A stretch of 64,000 nt of DNA from Phyllobates terribilis (taxonomy: Eukaryota): positions 303,180,001 through 303,244,000 of the forward strand of contig NW_027362772.1 of NCBI RefSeq assembly GCF_046119375.1, in the 5' to 3' direction. The notes under the pieces are model-generated. The model worked only from the letters and a program-made list of their open reading frames with translations, ran no database searches and was not told the DNA's origin. The first letter of the stretch is position 1. Every line of letters begins with the position of its first letter. The position numbers and the translations under genes are program-made. This document shows positions 25,182 through 39,400 of the stretch, piece after piece.

Positions 25182-26810
25182 CAGTACAAACCAAAAGTTT
25201 GGACACACCTTCTCATTTAAAGAAATTTCTGTATTTTCATGACTATGAAAATTGTACATTCACACTGAAGGCATCAAAACTATGAATTAACACATGTGGA
25301 ATTATATACTTAACAAAAAAGTGTGAAACAACTGAAAATATGTCTTATATTCTAGGGTCTTCAAAGTAGCCACCTTTTGCTTTGATGACTGCTTTGCACA
25401 CTCTTGGCATTTTCTTGATGAGCTTCAAGAGGTAGTCACCGGAAATGGTCTTCACTTCACAGGTGTGCCCTGTCAGGTTTAATAAGTGGGATTTCTTGCC
25501 TTATAAATGGGGTTGGGACCATCAGTTGTGTTGTGCAGGAGTCAGGTGGATACACAGCTGATAGTCCTACTGAATAGACTGTTAGAATTTGTATTATGGC
25601 AAGAAAAAAGCAGCTAAGTAAAGAAAAACGAGTGGCTATCATTACTTTAAGAAATGAAGGTCAGTCAGTCCGAAAAATTGGAAAACTTTGAAAGTGTCCC
25701 CATGTGCAGTTGCAAAAACCATCAAGCGCTACAAAGAAACTGGCTGACATGAGGACCGCCCCAGGAAAGGAAGACCAAGAGTCACCTCTGCTTCTGAGGA
25801 TAAGTTTATCCGAGTCACCAGCCTCAGAAATCGCAGGTTAACAGCAGCTCAGATTAGAGACCAGGTCAATGCCACACAGAGTTCTAGCAGCAGACACATC
25901 TCTACAACAACTGTTAAGAGGAGACTTTGTGCAGCAGGCCTTCATGGTAAAATAGCTGCTAGGAAACCACTGCTAAGGACAGGCAACAAGCAGAAGAGAC
26001 TTGTTTGGGCTAAAGAACACAAGGAATGGACATTAGACCAGTGGAAATCTGTGCTTTGGTCTGAGGAGTCCAAATTTGAGATCTTTGGTTTCAACCACCG
26101 TGTCTTTCTGCGATGCAGAAAAGGTGAACGGATGGACTCTACATGCCTGGTTCCCACCGTGAAGCATGGAGGAGGAGGTGTGATGGTGTGGGGGGGCTTT
26201 GCTGGTGACACTGTTGGGGATTTATTCAAAATTGAAGGCATATTGAACCAGCATGGCTACCACAGCATCTTGCAGCGGCATGCTATTCCATCCGGTTTGC
26301 GTTTAGTTGGAACATCATTTATTTTTCAACAGGACAATGACCCCAAACACACCTCCAGGCTGTGTAAGGGCTATTTGACCAAGAGGGAGAGTGATGGGGT
26401 GCTACGCCAGATGACCTGGCCTCCACAGTCACCAGACCTGAACCCAATCGAGATGGTTTGGGGTGAGCTGGACCGCAGAGTGAAGGCAAAAGGGCCAACA
26501 AGTGCTAAGCATCTCTGGGAACTCCTTCAAGATTGTTGGAAGACCATTTCCGGTGACTACCTCTTGAAGCTCATCAAGAGAATGCCAAGAGTGTGCAAAG
26601 CAGTCATCAAAGCAAAAGGTGGCTACTTTGAAGAACCTAGAATATAAGACATATTTTCAGTTGTTTCACACTTTTTTGTTAAGTATATAATTCCACATGT
26701 GTTAATTCATAGTTTTGATGCCTTCAGTGTGAATGTACAATTTTCATAGTCAGGAAAATACAGAAAAATCTTTAAATGAGAAGGTGTGTCCAAACTTTTG
26801 GTCTGTACTG
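25182..26810 (+). mobile_element. Tc1-superfamily DD38E (Intruder/IT-type) transposon, defective
   Basis: TA TSD, 272-bp TIRs (CAGTACAAACC...), transposase 25596-26647 with frameshift and stop; 38 residues between QD and PIE. Confidence 0.92.
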
Positions 26811-26896
26811 TACATTATATTACTGATCCTGTGTTACATCCTATATTATACTCCAGAGCTGCACTCACTATTCTGCTGGTGCAGTCACTGTGTACA

Positions 26897-26903
26897 TACT
26901 GTA
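26897..26903. other. Tc1-type excision footprint TA-CTG-TA (duplicated at 30575-30581)
   Basis: 5 extra nt at the unit's CATA site; CTG equals the element's terminal trinucleotide. Confidence 0.75.
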
Positions 26904-28859
26904 CATTACATTACTGATCCTGAGTTACATCCTGTATTATACCCCAGAGCTGCATTCACTATTCTGCTGGTGCAGTCACTGTGTACATACATTACATTAC
27001 TGATCCTGAGTTACATCCTGTATTATACTCCAGAGCTGCACTCACTATTCTGCTGGTGCAGTCACTGTGTACATACATTTCAATACTGATCCTGAGTTAC
27101 AGCCTGTATTATACCCCAGAGCTGCACTCACTATTCTGCTGGTGCAGTCACTGTGTACATACATTACTGATCCTGAGTTACCTCCTGTATTATACCCCAG
27201 AGCTGCACTCACTATTCTGCTGGTGCAGTCACTGTGTACATACATTACATTACTGCTCCTGAGTTACATCCTGTATTATACTCCAGAGCTGCACTCACTA
27301 TTCTGCTGGTGCAGTCACTGTGTACATACATTACTGATCCTGAGTTACATCCTGTATTATACTCCAGAGCTGCACTCACTATTCTGCTGGTGCAGTCACT
27401 GTGTACATACATTACATTACTGCTCCTGAGTTACATCCTGTATTATACTCCAGAGCTGCACTCACTATTCTGCTGGTGCAGTCACTGTGTACATACATTA
27501 CTGATCCGGAGTTACATCCTGTATTATACTCCAGAGCTGCACTCACTATTCTGCTGGTGCAGTCACGGTGTACATACATTACATTACTGATCCTGAGTTA
27601 CATCCTGTATTATACTCCAGAGCTGCACTCACTATTCTGCTGGTGCAGTCACTGTGTACATACATTACATTACTGATCCTGAGTTACATCCTGTATTATA
27701 CTCCAGAGCTGCACTCACTATTCTGCTGGTGCAGTCACTGTGTACATACATTACATTACTGATCCTGAGTTACATCCTGTATTATACTCCAGAGCTGCAC
27801 TCACTATTCTGCTGGTGCAGTCACTGTGTACATACATTACATTACTGATCCTGAGTTACATCCTGTATTATCCTCCAGAGCTGCACTCACTATTCTGCTG
27901 GTGCAGTCACTGTGTACATACATTACATTACTGATCCTGAGTTACCTCCTGTATTATACTCCAGAGCTGCACTCACTATTCTGCTGGTGCAGTCACTGTG
28001 TACATACATTACATTACTCATCCTGAGTTACATCCTGTATTATACTCCAGAGCTGCACTCACTATTCTGCTGGTGAGGTCACTGTGTACATACATTACAT
28101 TACTCATCCTGAGTTACATCCTGTATTATATTCCAGAGCTGCACTCACTATTCTGCTGGTGCAGTCACTGTGTACATACATTACATTACTGATCCTGAGT
28201 TACATCCTGTATTATACTCCAGAGCTGCACTCACTATTCTGCTGGTGAGGTCACTGTGTACATACATTACATTACTGATCCTGAGTTACATCCTGTATTA
28301 TACTCCAGAGCTGCACTCACTATTCTGCTGGTGCAGTCACTGTGTACATACATTACATTACTGATCCTGAGTTACATCCTGTATTATACTCCAGAGCTGC
28401 ACTCACTATTCTGCTGGTGAGGTCACTGTGTACATACATTACATTACTCATCCTGAGTTACATCCTGTATTATATTCCAGAGCTGCACTCACTATTCTGC
28501 TGGTGAGGTCACTGTGTACATACATTACATTACTGATCCTGCGTTACATCCTGTATTATACTCCGGAGCTGCACTAACTATTCTGCTGGTGCAGTCACTG
28601 TACATACATTACTGATCCTGAGTTACATCCTGTATTATACTCCAGAGCTGCACTCACTATTCTGCTGGTGCAGTCACTGTGTACATACATTACATTACTG
28701 ATCCTGAGTTACATCCTGTATTATATTCCAGAGCTGCACTCACTATTCTGCTGGTGCAGTCACTGTGTACATACATTACATTACTGATCCTGAGTTACAT
28801 CCTGTATTATACTCCAGAGCTGCACTCACTATTCTACTGGTGGAGTCACTGTGTACATA

Positions 28860-30488
28860 CAGTACAAACCAAAAGTTTGGACACACCTTCTCATTTAAAG
28901 AAATTTCTGTATTTTCATGACTATGAAAATTGTACATTCACACTGAAGGCATCAAAACTATGAATTAACACATGTGGAATTATATACTTAACAAAAAAGT
29001 GTGAAACAACTGAAAATATGTCTTATATTCTAGGGTCTTCAAAGTAGCCACCTTTTGCTTTGATGACTGCTTTGCACACTCTTGGCATTTTCTTGATGAG
29101 CTTCAAGAGGTAGTCACCGGAAATGGTCTTCACTTCACAGGTGTGTCCTGTCAGGTTTAATAAGTGGGATTTCTTGCCTTATAAATGGGGTTGGGACCAT
29201 CAGTTGTGTTGTGCAGAAGTCAGGTGGATACACAGCTGATAGTCCTACTGAATAGACTGTTAGAATTTGTATTATGGCAAGAAAAAAGCAGCTAAGTAAA
29301 GAAAAACGAGTGGCCATCATTACTTTAAGAAATGAAGGTCAGTCAGTCCGAAAAATTGGAAAACTTTGAAAGTGTCCCCAAGTGCAGTTGCAAAAACCAT
29401 CAAGCGCTACAAAGAAACTGGCTGACATGAGGACCGCCCCAGGAAAGGAAGACCAAGAGTCACCTCTGCTTCTGAGGATAAGTTTATCCGAGTCACCAGC
29501 CTCAGAAATCGCAGGTTAACAGCAGCTCAGATTAGAGACCAGGTCAATGCCACACAGAGTTCTAGCAGCAGACACATCTCTACAACAACTGTTAAGAGGA
29601 GACTTTGTGCAGCAGGCCTTCATGGTAAAATAGCTGCTAGGAAACCACTGCTAAGGACAGGCAACAAGTAGAAGAGACTTGTTTGGGCTAAAGAACACAA
29701 GGAATGGACATTAGACCAGTGGAAATCTGTGCTTTGGTCTGAGGAGTCCAAATTTGAGATCTTTGGTTTCAACCACCGTGTATTTGTGCGACACAGAAAA
29801 GGTGAACAGATGGACTCTACATGCCTGGTTCCCACCGTGAAGCATGGAGGAGGAGGTGTGATGGTGTGGGGGTGCTTTGCTGGTGACACTGTTGGGGATT
29901 TATTCAAAATTGAAGGCATACTGAACCAGCATGGCTACCACAGCATCTTGCAGCGGCATGCTATTCCATCCGGTTTGCGTTTAGTTGGAACATCATTTAT
30001 TTTTCAACAGGACAATGACCCCAAACACACCTCCAGGCTGTGTAAGGACTATTTGACCAAGAAGGAGAGTGATGGGGGGCTACGCCAGATGACCTGGCCT
30101 CCACAGTCACCAGACCTGAACCCAATAGAGATGGTTTGGGGTGAGCTGGACCGCAGAGTGAAGGCAAAAGGGCCAACAAGTGCTAAGCATCTCTGGGAAC
30201 TCCTTCAAGATTGTTGGAAGACCATTTCCGGTGACTACCTCTTGAAGCTCATCAAGAGAATGCCAAGAGTGTGCAAAGCAGTCATCAAAGCAAAAGGTGG
30301 CTACTTTGAAGAACCTAGAATATAAGACATATTTTCAGTTGTTTCACACTTTTTTGTTAAGTATATAATTCCACATGTGGTAATTCATAGTTTTGATGCC
30401 TTCAGTGTGAATGTACAATTTTCATAGTCATGAAAATACAGAAAAATCTTTAAATGAGAAGGTGTGTCCAAACTTTTGGTCTGTACTG
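28860..30488 (+). mobile_element. Second copy of the DD38E element, part of a 3,678-bp tandem duplication
   Basis: Same length (1629 bp), same frameshift and stop, same rare flanking satellite variants. Confidence 0.92.
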
Positions 30489-31172
30489 TACATTATATTA
30501 CTGATCCTGAGTTACATCCTATATTATACTCCAGAGCTGCACTCACTATTCTGCTGGTGCAGTCACTGTGTACATACTGTACATTACATTACTGATCCTG
30601 AGTTACATCCTGTATTATACCCCAGAGCTGCATTCACTATTCTGCTGGTGCAGTCACTGTGTACATACATTACATTACTGATCCTGAGTTACATCCTGTA
30701 TTATACCCCAGAGCTGCACTCACTATTCTGCTGGTGCAGTCACTGTGTACATACATTTCAATACTGATCCTGAGTTACAGCCTGTATTATACCCCAGAGC
30801 TGCACTCACTATTCTGCTGGTGCAGTCACTGTGTACATACATTACTGATCCTGAGTTACCTCCTGTATTATACCCCAGAGCTGCACTCACTATTCTGCTG
30901 GTGCAGTCACTGTGTACATACATTACATTACTGCTCCTGAGTTACATCCTGTATTATACTCCAGAGCTGCACTCACTATTCTGCTGGTGCAGTCACTGTG
31001 TACATACATTACTGATCCTGAGTTACATCCTGTATTATACTCCAGAGCTGCACTCACTATTCTGCTGGTGCAGTCACTGTGTACATACATTACATTACTG
31101 ATCCTGAATTACATCCTGTATTATACCCCAGAGCTGCACTCACTATTCTGCTGGTGGAATCACACTGTATTA

Positions 31173-31451
<279 letters not shown>

Positions 31452-33404
31452 CTATTATACGAGCTCCTTTGTGCTCATTTCCTGCAGAGCATCGCTCTTG
31501 TCTACATGCTGTGCAGGGAACCGCAGCAGAGCCCACTGAAGTGAATGGGCCTGTATTATTGTCCTCTGCACAGATATTAAAGGGCTACTCCATACTTGGC
31601 CAGCAATAAGTGACAGATGTGGCCACATCTTCATTCTCATGGGGCATTTCGGACCCCCGTTCTGAAGATCAGTGGGGTCCCAGTGGTCAGATACGTTGCC
31701 AGGGTGGGGAATAACCTATTAATTATTGATGGAGTCTCATCAGTCTAAGGAATAGTGGGGACCCCCTCCCTCTCCGAACAGCAAGTGATGGCAGACCCCA
31801 GCAATCACGGGATGGAAGACCCCTTTGAAATGAAATAATTCCAGTTTTGCAGATACATTTATTCTGTCCTAATTTTTGCAGATTTTTTTTTTTTTGATCC
31901 GTCCACTCAAGAGATTCAGGAAAGCAGGGACCAGGCAGAGAAAGGGTTAACCGTCTCATGTCATAATAAGGGTGTTGTAATGCGGTCGGCTCTGCGTTAT
32001 TACACCACGCACTGTACATGTATTCACACTGACCCCTGCACACATCGCACTTGGGTAAGGAAAAATGGGGTTAGAGGTCAGAAGAAAACCAGACGGCGGC
32101 CAAAACCGCGCAATTATTTCATCACAGCCGGACGAGCGACTGCAGCGCACGGGACCACGTGGCCTCATATGTACAAGGATCGAAATTCTATGGTGACCGA
32201 TGTCTCGGCGTCTGGGTAAAAGCGCTGGCGGTATATGGACGGAGCAGTTTTAGCTCCCATACAAGGCTCAGCCGTCCGTCTGTCTACTTTGGACTTTTCA
32301 TTAAAATGTTACCCTGATAATAGTCTAAATATAAGTGGTCCTGGTAATGGGACCTCCAGCGATCAGCTGAGACCTGTGGAGGAACTCAGAAGTGCTGCTC
32401 AAGTTTTCTGCAGCGCCTCCGCAGGGGGGGTGAAGCATTGCACAGCTCCCATGTGATACATTGTCAGGGTGGGTCCTCCAGAGGAGGATGTTCTCTGCTT
32501 AATTCTGCTCTCAGGTACAAATACTATGTGCATATACAGGTGCATGCATGCAACATATGCTATGTACACTCCTACTGATCGGAGCTTGTGCTGCTGCTTA
32601 GCAGATGGTCCAAATATTCATTACACTTTTGCATCCAATGTATTTGCTTTCATACATATGAAAAGTAAAAAAAACTACTTTGCATATAGTCTTGAGTAAA
32701 AATCTCCTACGTATACAGCCCCTACGAAGAGCAATGTGCCTCCAAGAGGACCAACTACAAATACCAAGTCGAGACTTTAGCTTCATGCTAATCTGCAGAC
32801 AGCAGAAAAGTGGCAGATGGATTTATAGCAGTCTCTTCCGACTCCCCCTTATACATGCACGCTGGACTCGACCGAGCATGCACGTGTATTCAATAAGAAG
32901 AGCGGAGTATCTCCATTCCGACATGGCAGGAGAGCCAGGAGTCCCCCATAAACACTAGACGGTCAACATATCTCTAAATTTTATGGCCACCTACACACAC
33001 GACTGTATGATCAAATACTAACCATGTTTACATGGTGATTGTCCATTTTTCCATGCAGCTGTGGATGTGACTGGAGTATAAGACATAATCAGTGGTGTAC
33101 CACCAATGGCGGCAGGCCACGCCACTGCTATGGGGCCCGTGAGCCGGGGGAGGGGAGGCTCCGGCCCTCAGCGCAAACAATGATGATGGAGGAGGGAGCG
33201 TCAGCAGACGTTTCCACCCCCATCATTCTGCCTCAGCGTCTGACGTCTCAGAACAGCGGACGCGATGATGTCATTACAGGGCGCCCGCTGCTTTGAGATG
33301 TCCGGCGCTTCACACCACACACTGAGGAGACTGGAGCATCGGGTGAAACCAGGAGAAGTGAGCACTGTATTTATTTATTTTTTAAATCAGTGACTAGTGG
33401 CCAT

Positions 33405-36400
33405 AATAAAGTATGGGGGGTGCATTATATTGTGTGGAGGATCATGGGGAGTGCATTATATTTTATGGAGGACCATGGAGAGTGCATTATATTCTATGGA
33501 GGACCATGGGGTGTGCATTATATTGTGTGGAAGACCATGGAGGGTGCATTATACTGTATGGAGAATCATGGGGAGAGCATTATATTTTATGGAGGACCAT
33601 GGAGAGTGCATTATATTCTATGGAGGACCATGAGGGGTGCATCATATTGTATGGAGGACCATGGAGGTGCATTATACTATATGGAGGCCCATGAGGGTGC
33701 ATTATACTATATGGAGGACCATGGGGGTGCATTATATTATATGGAGGATCATGGGGGTGCATCATATTGTATGGAGGACCATGGGGGGTCCATTATATTG
33801 TATGGAGGACCATGGGGGGTGCATTATATTATATGGAGGACTATGGGGGTCCATTATATAGTATGGAGGACCATGAGGGGTCCATTATATAGTATGGAGG
33901 ACCATGGGGGGTGCATTATATTCTATTGAGGACCATGGGGGTGCATTATACTGCATGGAGGACCATGGGGGGTTAATTATATTGTATGGAGGACCATGGG
34001 GGGCATTATATTCTATGGATGACCATGGGGGTGCATTATATTATATGAAGGACCATGGGGGTGCATTATATTATATGAAGGACCATGGTGGTGCATTATA
34101 TTATATGAAGGACCATGGGTGTGCATCATATTGTATGGAGGACCATGGGGGGTACATTATATTATATGGAGAACCATGGGGAGTGCATTACATTTTATGG
34201 AGGACCATGGGGGGTGCATTACATTCTATGGAGGATCATGGGGGTGCATTATATTGTATGGAGGACCATGGGGGTGCATTATATTATATGGAGGACCATG
34301 GGGGTGCATTATATTGCATGGGGGACCATGGGGGGTCCATTATATACACTGCACAAAAAAATAAAGGGAACACTTAAACAACAGAATATAACTCCAAGTG
34401 AATCAAACTTCTGTGAAATCAAACTGTCCACTTAGGAAGCAACACTGATTGACAATCAATTTCACATGCTGTTGTGCAAATGGAATAGACAATAGATGGA
34501 AATTATTGGCAATTATCAAGACACCCTCAATAAAGTAGTGGTTCTGCAGGTGGGGACCACAGACTACATCTCAGTACCAATGCTTTCTGGCTGATGTTTT
34601 GGTCACTTTTGAATGCTGGTTGTGCTTTCATACTCATGGTAGCATGAGACGGACTCTACAACCCACAGAAGTTGCTCAGGTAGTGCAGCTCATCCAGGAT
34701 GGCACATCAATGCGAGCTGTGGCAAGAAGGTTTGCTGTGTCTGTCAGCATAGTGCCCAATGGCTGGAGGCGCTACCAGGAGACAGGCCAGTACACCAGGA
34801 GACGTGGAGGGGGCCGTAGGAGGGCAACAACCCAGCAGCAGGACAGCTACCTCTGCCTTTGTGCAAGGAGGTACAGGAGGAGCACTGCCAGAGCCCTGCA
34901 AAATGACCTCCAGCAGGCCACAAATGTGCATGTGTCTGCACAAACGGTTAGAAACCGACTCCATGAGAGTGGTATGAGGGCCCGACGTCCACAGTTGGGG
35001 GTTGTGCTCACAGCCCAACACCGTGCAGGACGCTTGGCATTTGCCACAGAACACCAGGATTGGCAAAGTTGCCACTGGCGCCCTGTGCTCTTCACAGATG
35101 AAAGCAGGTTCACACTGAGCACATGTGACAGACGTGACAGAGTCTGGAGACGCAGTGGAGAGCGATTTGCTGCCTGCAACATCCTTCAGCATGACCGGTT
35201 TGGCAGTGGGTCAGTAATGGTGTGGGGAGGCATTTCTTTGGAGGGCCGCACAGCCCTCCATGTGCTCGCCAGAGGTAGCCTGACTGCCATTAGGTACTGA
35301 GATAAGATCCTCAGACCCCTTGTGAGACCATATGCTGGTGCGGTTGGCCCTGGGTTCCTCCTAATGCAGGACAGTGCCAGACCTCATGTGGCTGGAGTGT
35401 GTCAGCAGTTCCTGCAAGATGAAGGCATTGAAGCTATGGACTGGCCCGCCCGCTCCCCAGACGTGAATCCGATTGAGCACATCTGGGACATCATGTCTCG
35501 CTCCATCCACCAACGTCACGTTGCACCACAGACTGTCCAGAAGTTGGCGGATGCTTTAGTCCAGGTCTGGGAGGAGATCCCACAGGAGACCATCCGCAAC
35601 CTCATCAGGAGCATGCCCAGGCGTTGTAGGGAGGTCATACAGGCACGTGGAGGCCACACACAATACTCAGCCTCATCAGGAGCTTGTCCAGGCGTTGTAG
35701 GGAGGTCATACAGGCACGTGGAGGCCACACACAATACTCAGCCTCATCAGGAGCATGCCCAGGCGTTGTAGGGAGGTCATACAGGCACGTGGAGGCCACA
35801 CACAATACTCAGCCTCATCAGGAGCTTGTCCAGGCATTGTAGGGAGGTCATACAGGCACGTGGAGGCCACACACAATACTCAGCCTCATCAGGAGCATGC
35901 CCAGGCATTGTAGGGAGGTCATACAGGCACGTGGAGGCCACACACAATACTGAGCCTCATTTTGACTTGTTTTAAGGACATTACATCAAAGTTGGATCAG
36001 CCTGTAGTGTGTTTTTCCACTTTAATTTTGGGGGTGACTCCAAATCCAGGCCTCCATTGGTTAATAAATTTGATTTCCATTGATGATTTTTGTGTGATTT
36101 TGTTGTCAGCACATTCAACTTTGTACAGAACAAAGTATTCAATGAGAATATTTCATTCATTCAGATCTAGGATGTGTTATTTGAGTGTTCCCTTTATTTT
36201 TTTGAGCAGTGTAGTATGGAGGACCATGGGGGGTCCATTATATTGTATAGAGGACCATAAGGGGGCATTATATTCTATTGAGGACCATGGGGGTGCATTA
36301 TATTGTATGGAGGACCATGGGGGGTCCATTATATAGTATGGAGGACCATGGGGGTGCATTATATTATATGGAGGACCATTGGAGATGCATTATATTGTAT

Positions 36401-39400
36401 GGAGGACCAAGGGGGGCATTATATTCTATGGAGGACCATGGAGGGTGCATTATATGAAGGACCATGGGGCTGCATTACAGTGTATGGGGGGCCATGTGGG
36501 GTGCATTATATTCTATGGAGGACCATGGGGAGTGCATTATATTATATGGAGGACCATGGGGGGGTGCATTATATTATATGGAGAACCATGGGTAGTGCAT
36601 TACATTCTATGGAGGACCATGGGGGGCGCATTACATTCTATGGAGGACCATGGGGGTGCATTATATTATACGGAGGACCATTGGGGGTGCATTATATTGT
36701 ATGGAGGACCATGAGGAGTGAATTATATCGTATGGAGGACCATGGGGTATATTATATTGTATGGAAGACCATAGGGGTGCATTATACTGTATGGGGGGGC
36801 CATGGGGGTGCATTATATTATATGGAGGACCATGGGGGAGTGCATTATATAGTATGGAGGACCATGGGGAGTGCATTACATTCTATGGAGGACCATGGGG
36901 GGTGCATTATATTGTATGGAGGACCGTGGGGGGTACATTATAATGTATGGAAGACCATAGGGGAGCATTATACTGTATGGGGGGCCATGGGGTGCATTAT
37001 ATTGTATGGAGGACCATGGGGGATGCATTATATTGTATGGAGGACCATTGGGGGTGCATTATATTGTATGGAGGACCATGAGGAGTGCATTACATTCTAT
37101 GGAGGACCATGGGGGTACATTATATTGTATGGAGGACCATGGGGGTACATTATATTGTATGGAAGACCATAGGGGTGCATTATACTGTATGGAAGACCAT
37201 AGGGGTGCATTATACTGTATGGAGGACCATAGGGGTGCATTATACTGTATGGAGGACCATAGGGGTGCATTATATTTTATGGAGGACCATGGGGGTGCAT
37301 TATATTTTATGGAGGACCATGGGAGGTGCATTATATTGTATGGAGGACAATGGGGGTGCATTATATTTTATGGAGGACCATGGGAGGTGCATTATATTAT
37401 ATGGAGGACCATTGGGGATGCATTATATTGTATGGAGGACCATTGGGGATGCATTATATTGTATGGAGGACCATTGGGGGTGCATTATATTGTATGGAAG
37501 ACCATTGGAGGTGCATTATATTGTATGGAGGACCATGAGGAGTGCAATATATTGTATGGAGGACCATGGGGGTGCATTATATTGTATGGAGGACCATGGA
37601 AGGTGCATTATATTATATGGAGGACCATTGGGGATGCATTATATTGTATGGAGGACCATTGGGGATGCATTATATTGTATGGAAGACCATTGGAGGTGCA
37701 TTATATTGTATGGAGGACCACGAGGAGTGCAATATATTGTATGGAGGACCATGGGGGTGCATTATATTGTATGGAGGACCATGGAAGGTGCATTATATTA
37801 TATGGAGGACCATTGGGGATGCATTATATAGTATGGAGGACCATTGGGGATGCATTATATTGTATGGAGGACCATTGGGGGTGCATTATATTGTATGGAG
37901 GACCATTGGGGGTGCATTATATTGTATGGAAGACCATTGGAGGTGCATTATATTGTATGGAGGACCATGAGGAGTGCAATATATTGTATGGAGGACCATG
38001 GGGGTGCATTATATTGTATGGAGGACCATGGAATGTGCATTATATTGTATGGAGGACCATGGGGGATTCATTATACTGTATGGAAGACCATAGGGGTGCA
38101 TTATACTGTGGGGGGGTCATGGGGGTGCATTATATTATATGGAGAACCATGGGGGTGCATTATACTGTATGGAGGACCATGGGAGGTGCATTATATTGTA
38201 TGGAGGACAATGGGGTGCATTATATTATAAGGAGGACCATTGGGAATGCATTATATTGTATGGAGGACCAATGGGGTGCATTATATTGTATGGAGGACCA
38301 TGGAAGGTGCATTATATTGTATGGAGGACCATGGGGGTACATTATATTGTATGGAAGACCATGGGGGGTGCATTACATTCTATGGAGGACCATGGGGGGT
38401 GCATTACATTCTATGGAGGACCATGGGGGTGCATTATATTATACGGAGGACCATTGGGGGTGCATTATATTGTATGGAGGACCATGGGGGTATATTATAT
38501 TGTATGGAAGACCATAGGGGTGCATTATACTGCATGGGGGCCATGCGGGTGCATTGTATTATATGGAGGACCATGGGGGAGTGCATTATATAGTATGGAG
38601 GACCATGGGGAGTGCATTACATTCTATGGAGGATCATGGGGGGTGCATTATATTGTATGGAGGACCGTGGGGGGTACATTATATTGTACGGAAGACCATA
38701 GGGGTGCATTATACTGTATGGGGGGCCATGGGGTGCATTATATTGTATGGAGGACCATGGGGGATGCATTATATTGTATGGAGGACCATTGGGGGTGCAT
38801 TATATTGTATGGAGGACCATGAGGAGTGCATTACATTCTATGGAGGACCATGGGGGTACATTATATTGTATGGAGGACCATGGGGGTACATTATATTGTA
38901 TGGAAGACCATAGGGGTGCATTATACTGTATGGAAGACCATAGGGGTGCATTATACTGTATGGAGGACCATAGGGGTGCATTATATTTTATGGAGGACCA
39001 TGGGGTGCATTATATTTTATGGAGGACCATGGGAGGTGCATTATATTGTATGGAGGACAATGGAGGTGCATTATATTTTATGGAGGACCATGGGAGGTGC
39101 ATTATATTATATGGAGGACCATTGGGGATGCATTATATTGTATGGAGGACCATTGGGGATGCATTATATTGTATGGAGGACCATTGGGGGTGCATTATAT
39201 TGTATGGAAGACCATTGGAGGTGCATTATATTGTATGGAGGACCATGAGGAGTGCAATATATTGTATGGAGGACCATGGGGGTGCATTATATTGTATGGA
39301 GGACCATGGAAGGTGCATTATATTGTATGAAGGACCATGGGGGATTCATTATACTGTATGGAAGACCATAGGGGTGCATTATACTGTGGGGGGGTCATGG

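Larger units (their letters stand above)
22234..31150 (+). repeat. 86-bp satellite array filling the 9-kb nmnat1 intron, interrupted by an L1 and two Tc1-family elements
   Basis: Same unit; begins about 30 nt from the acceptor at 22204 and ends about 40 nt from the donor at 31189. Confidence 0.96.
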
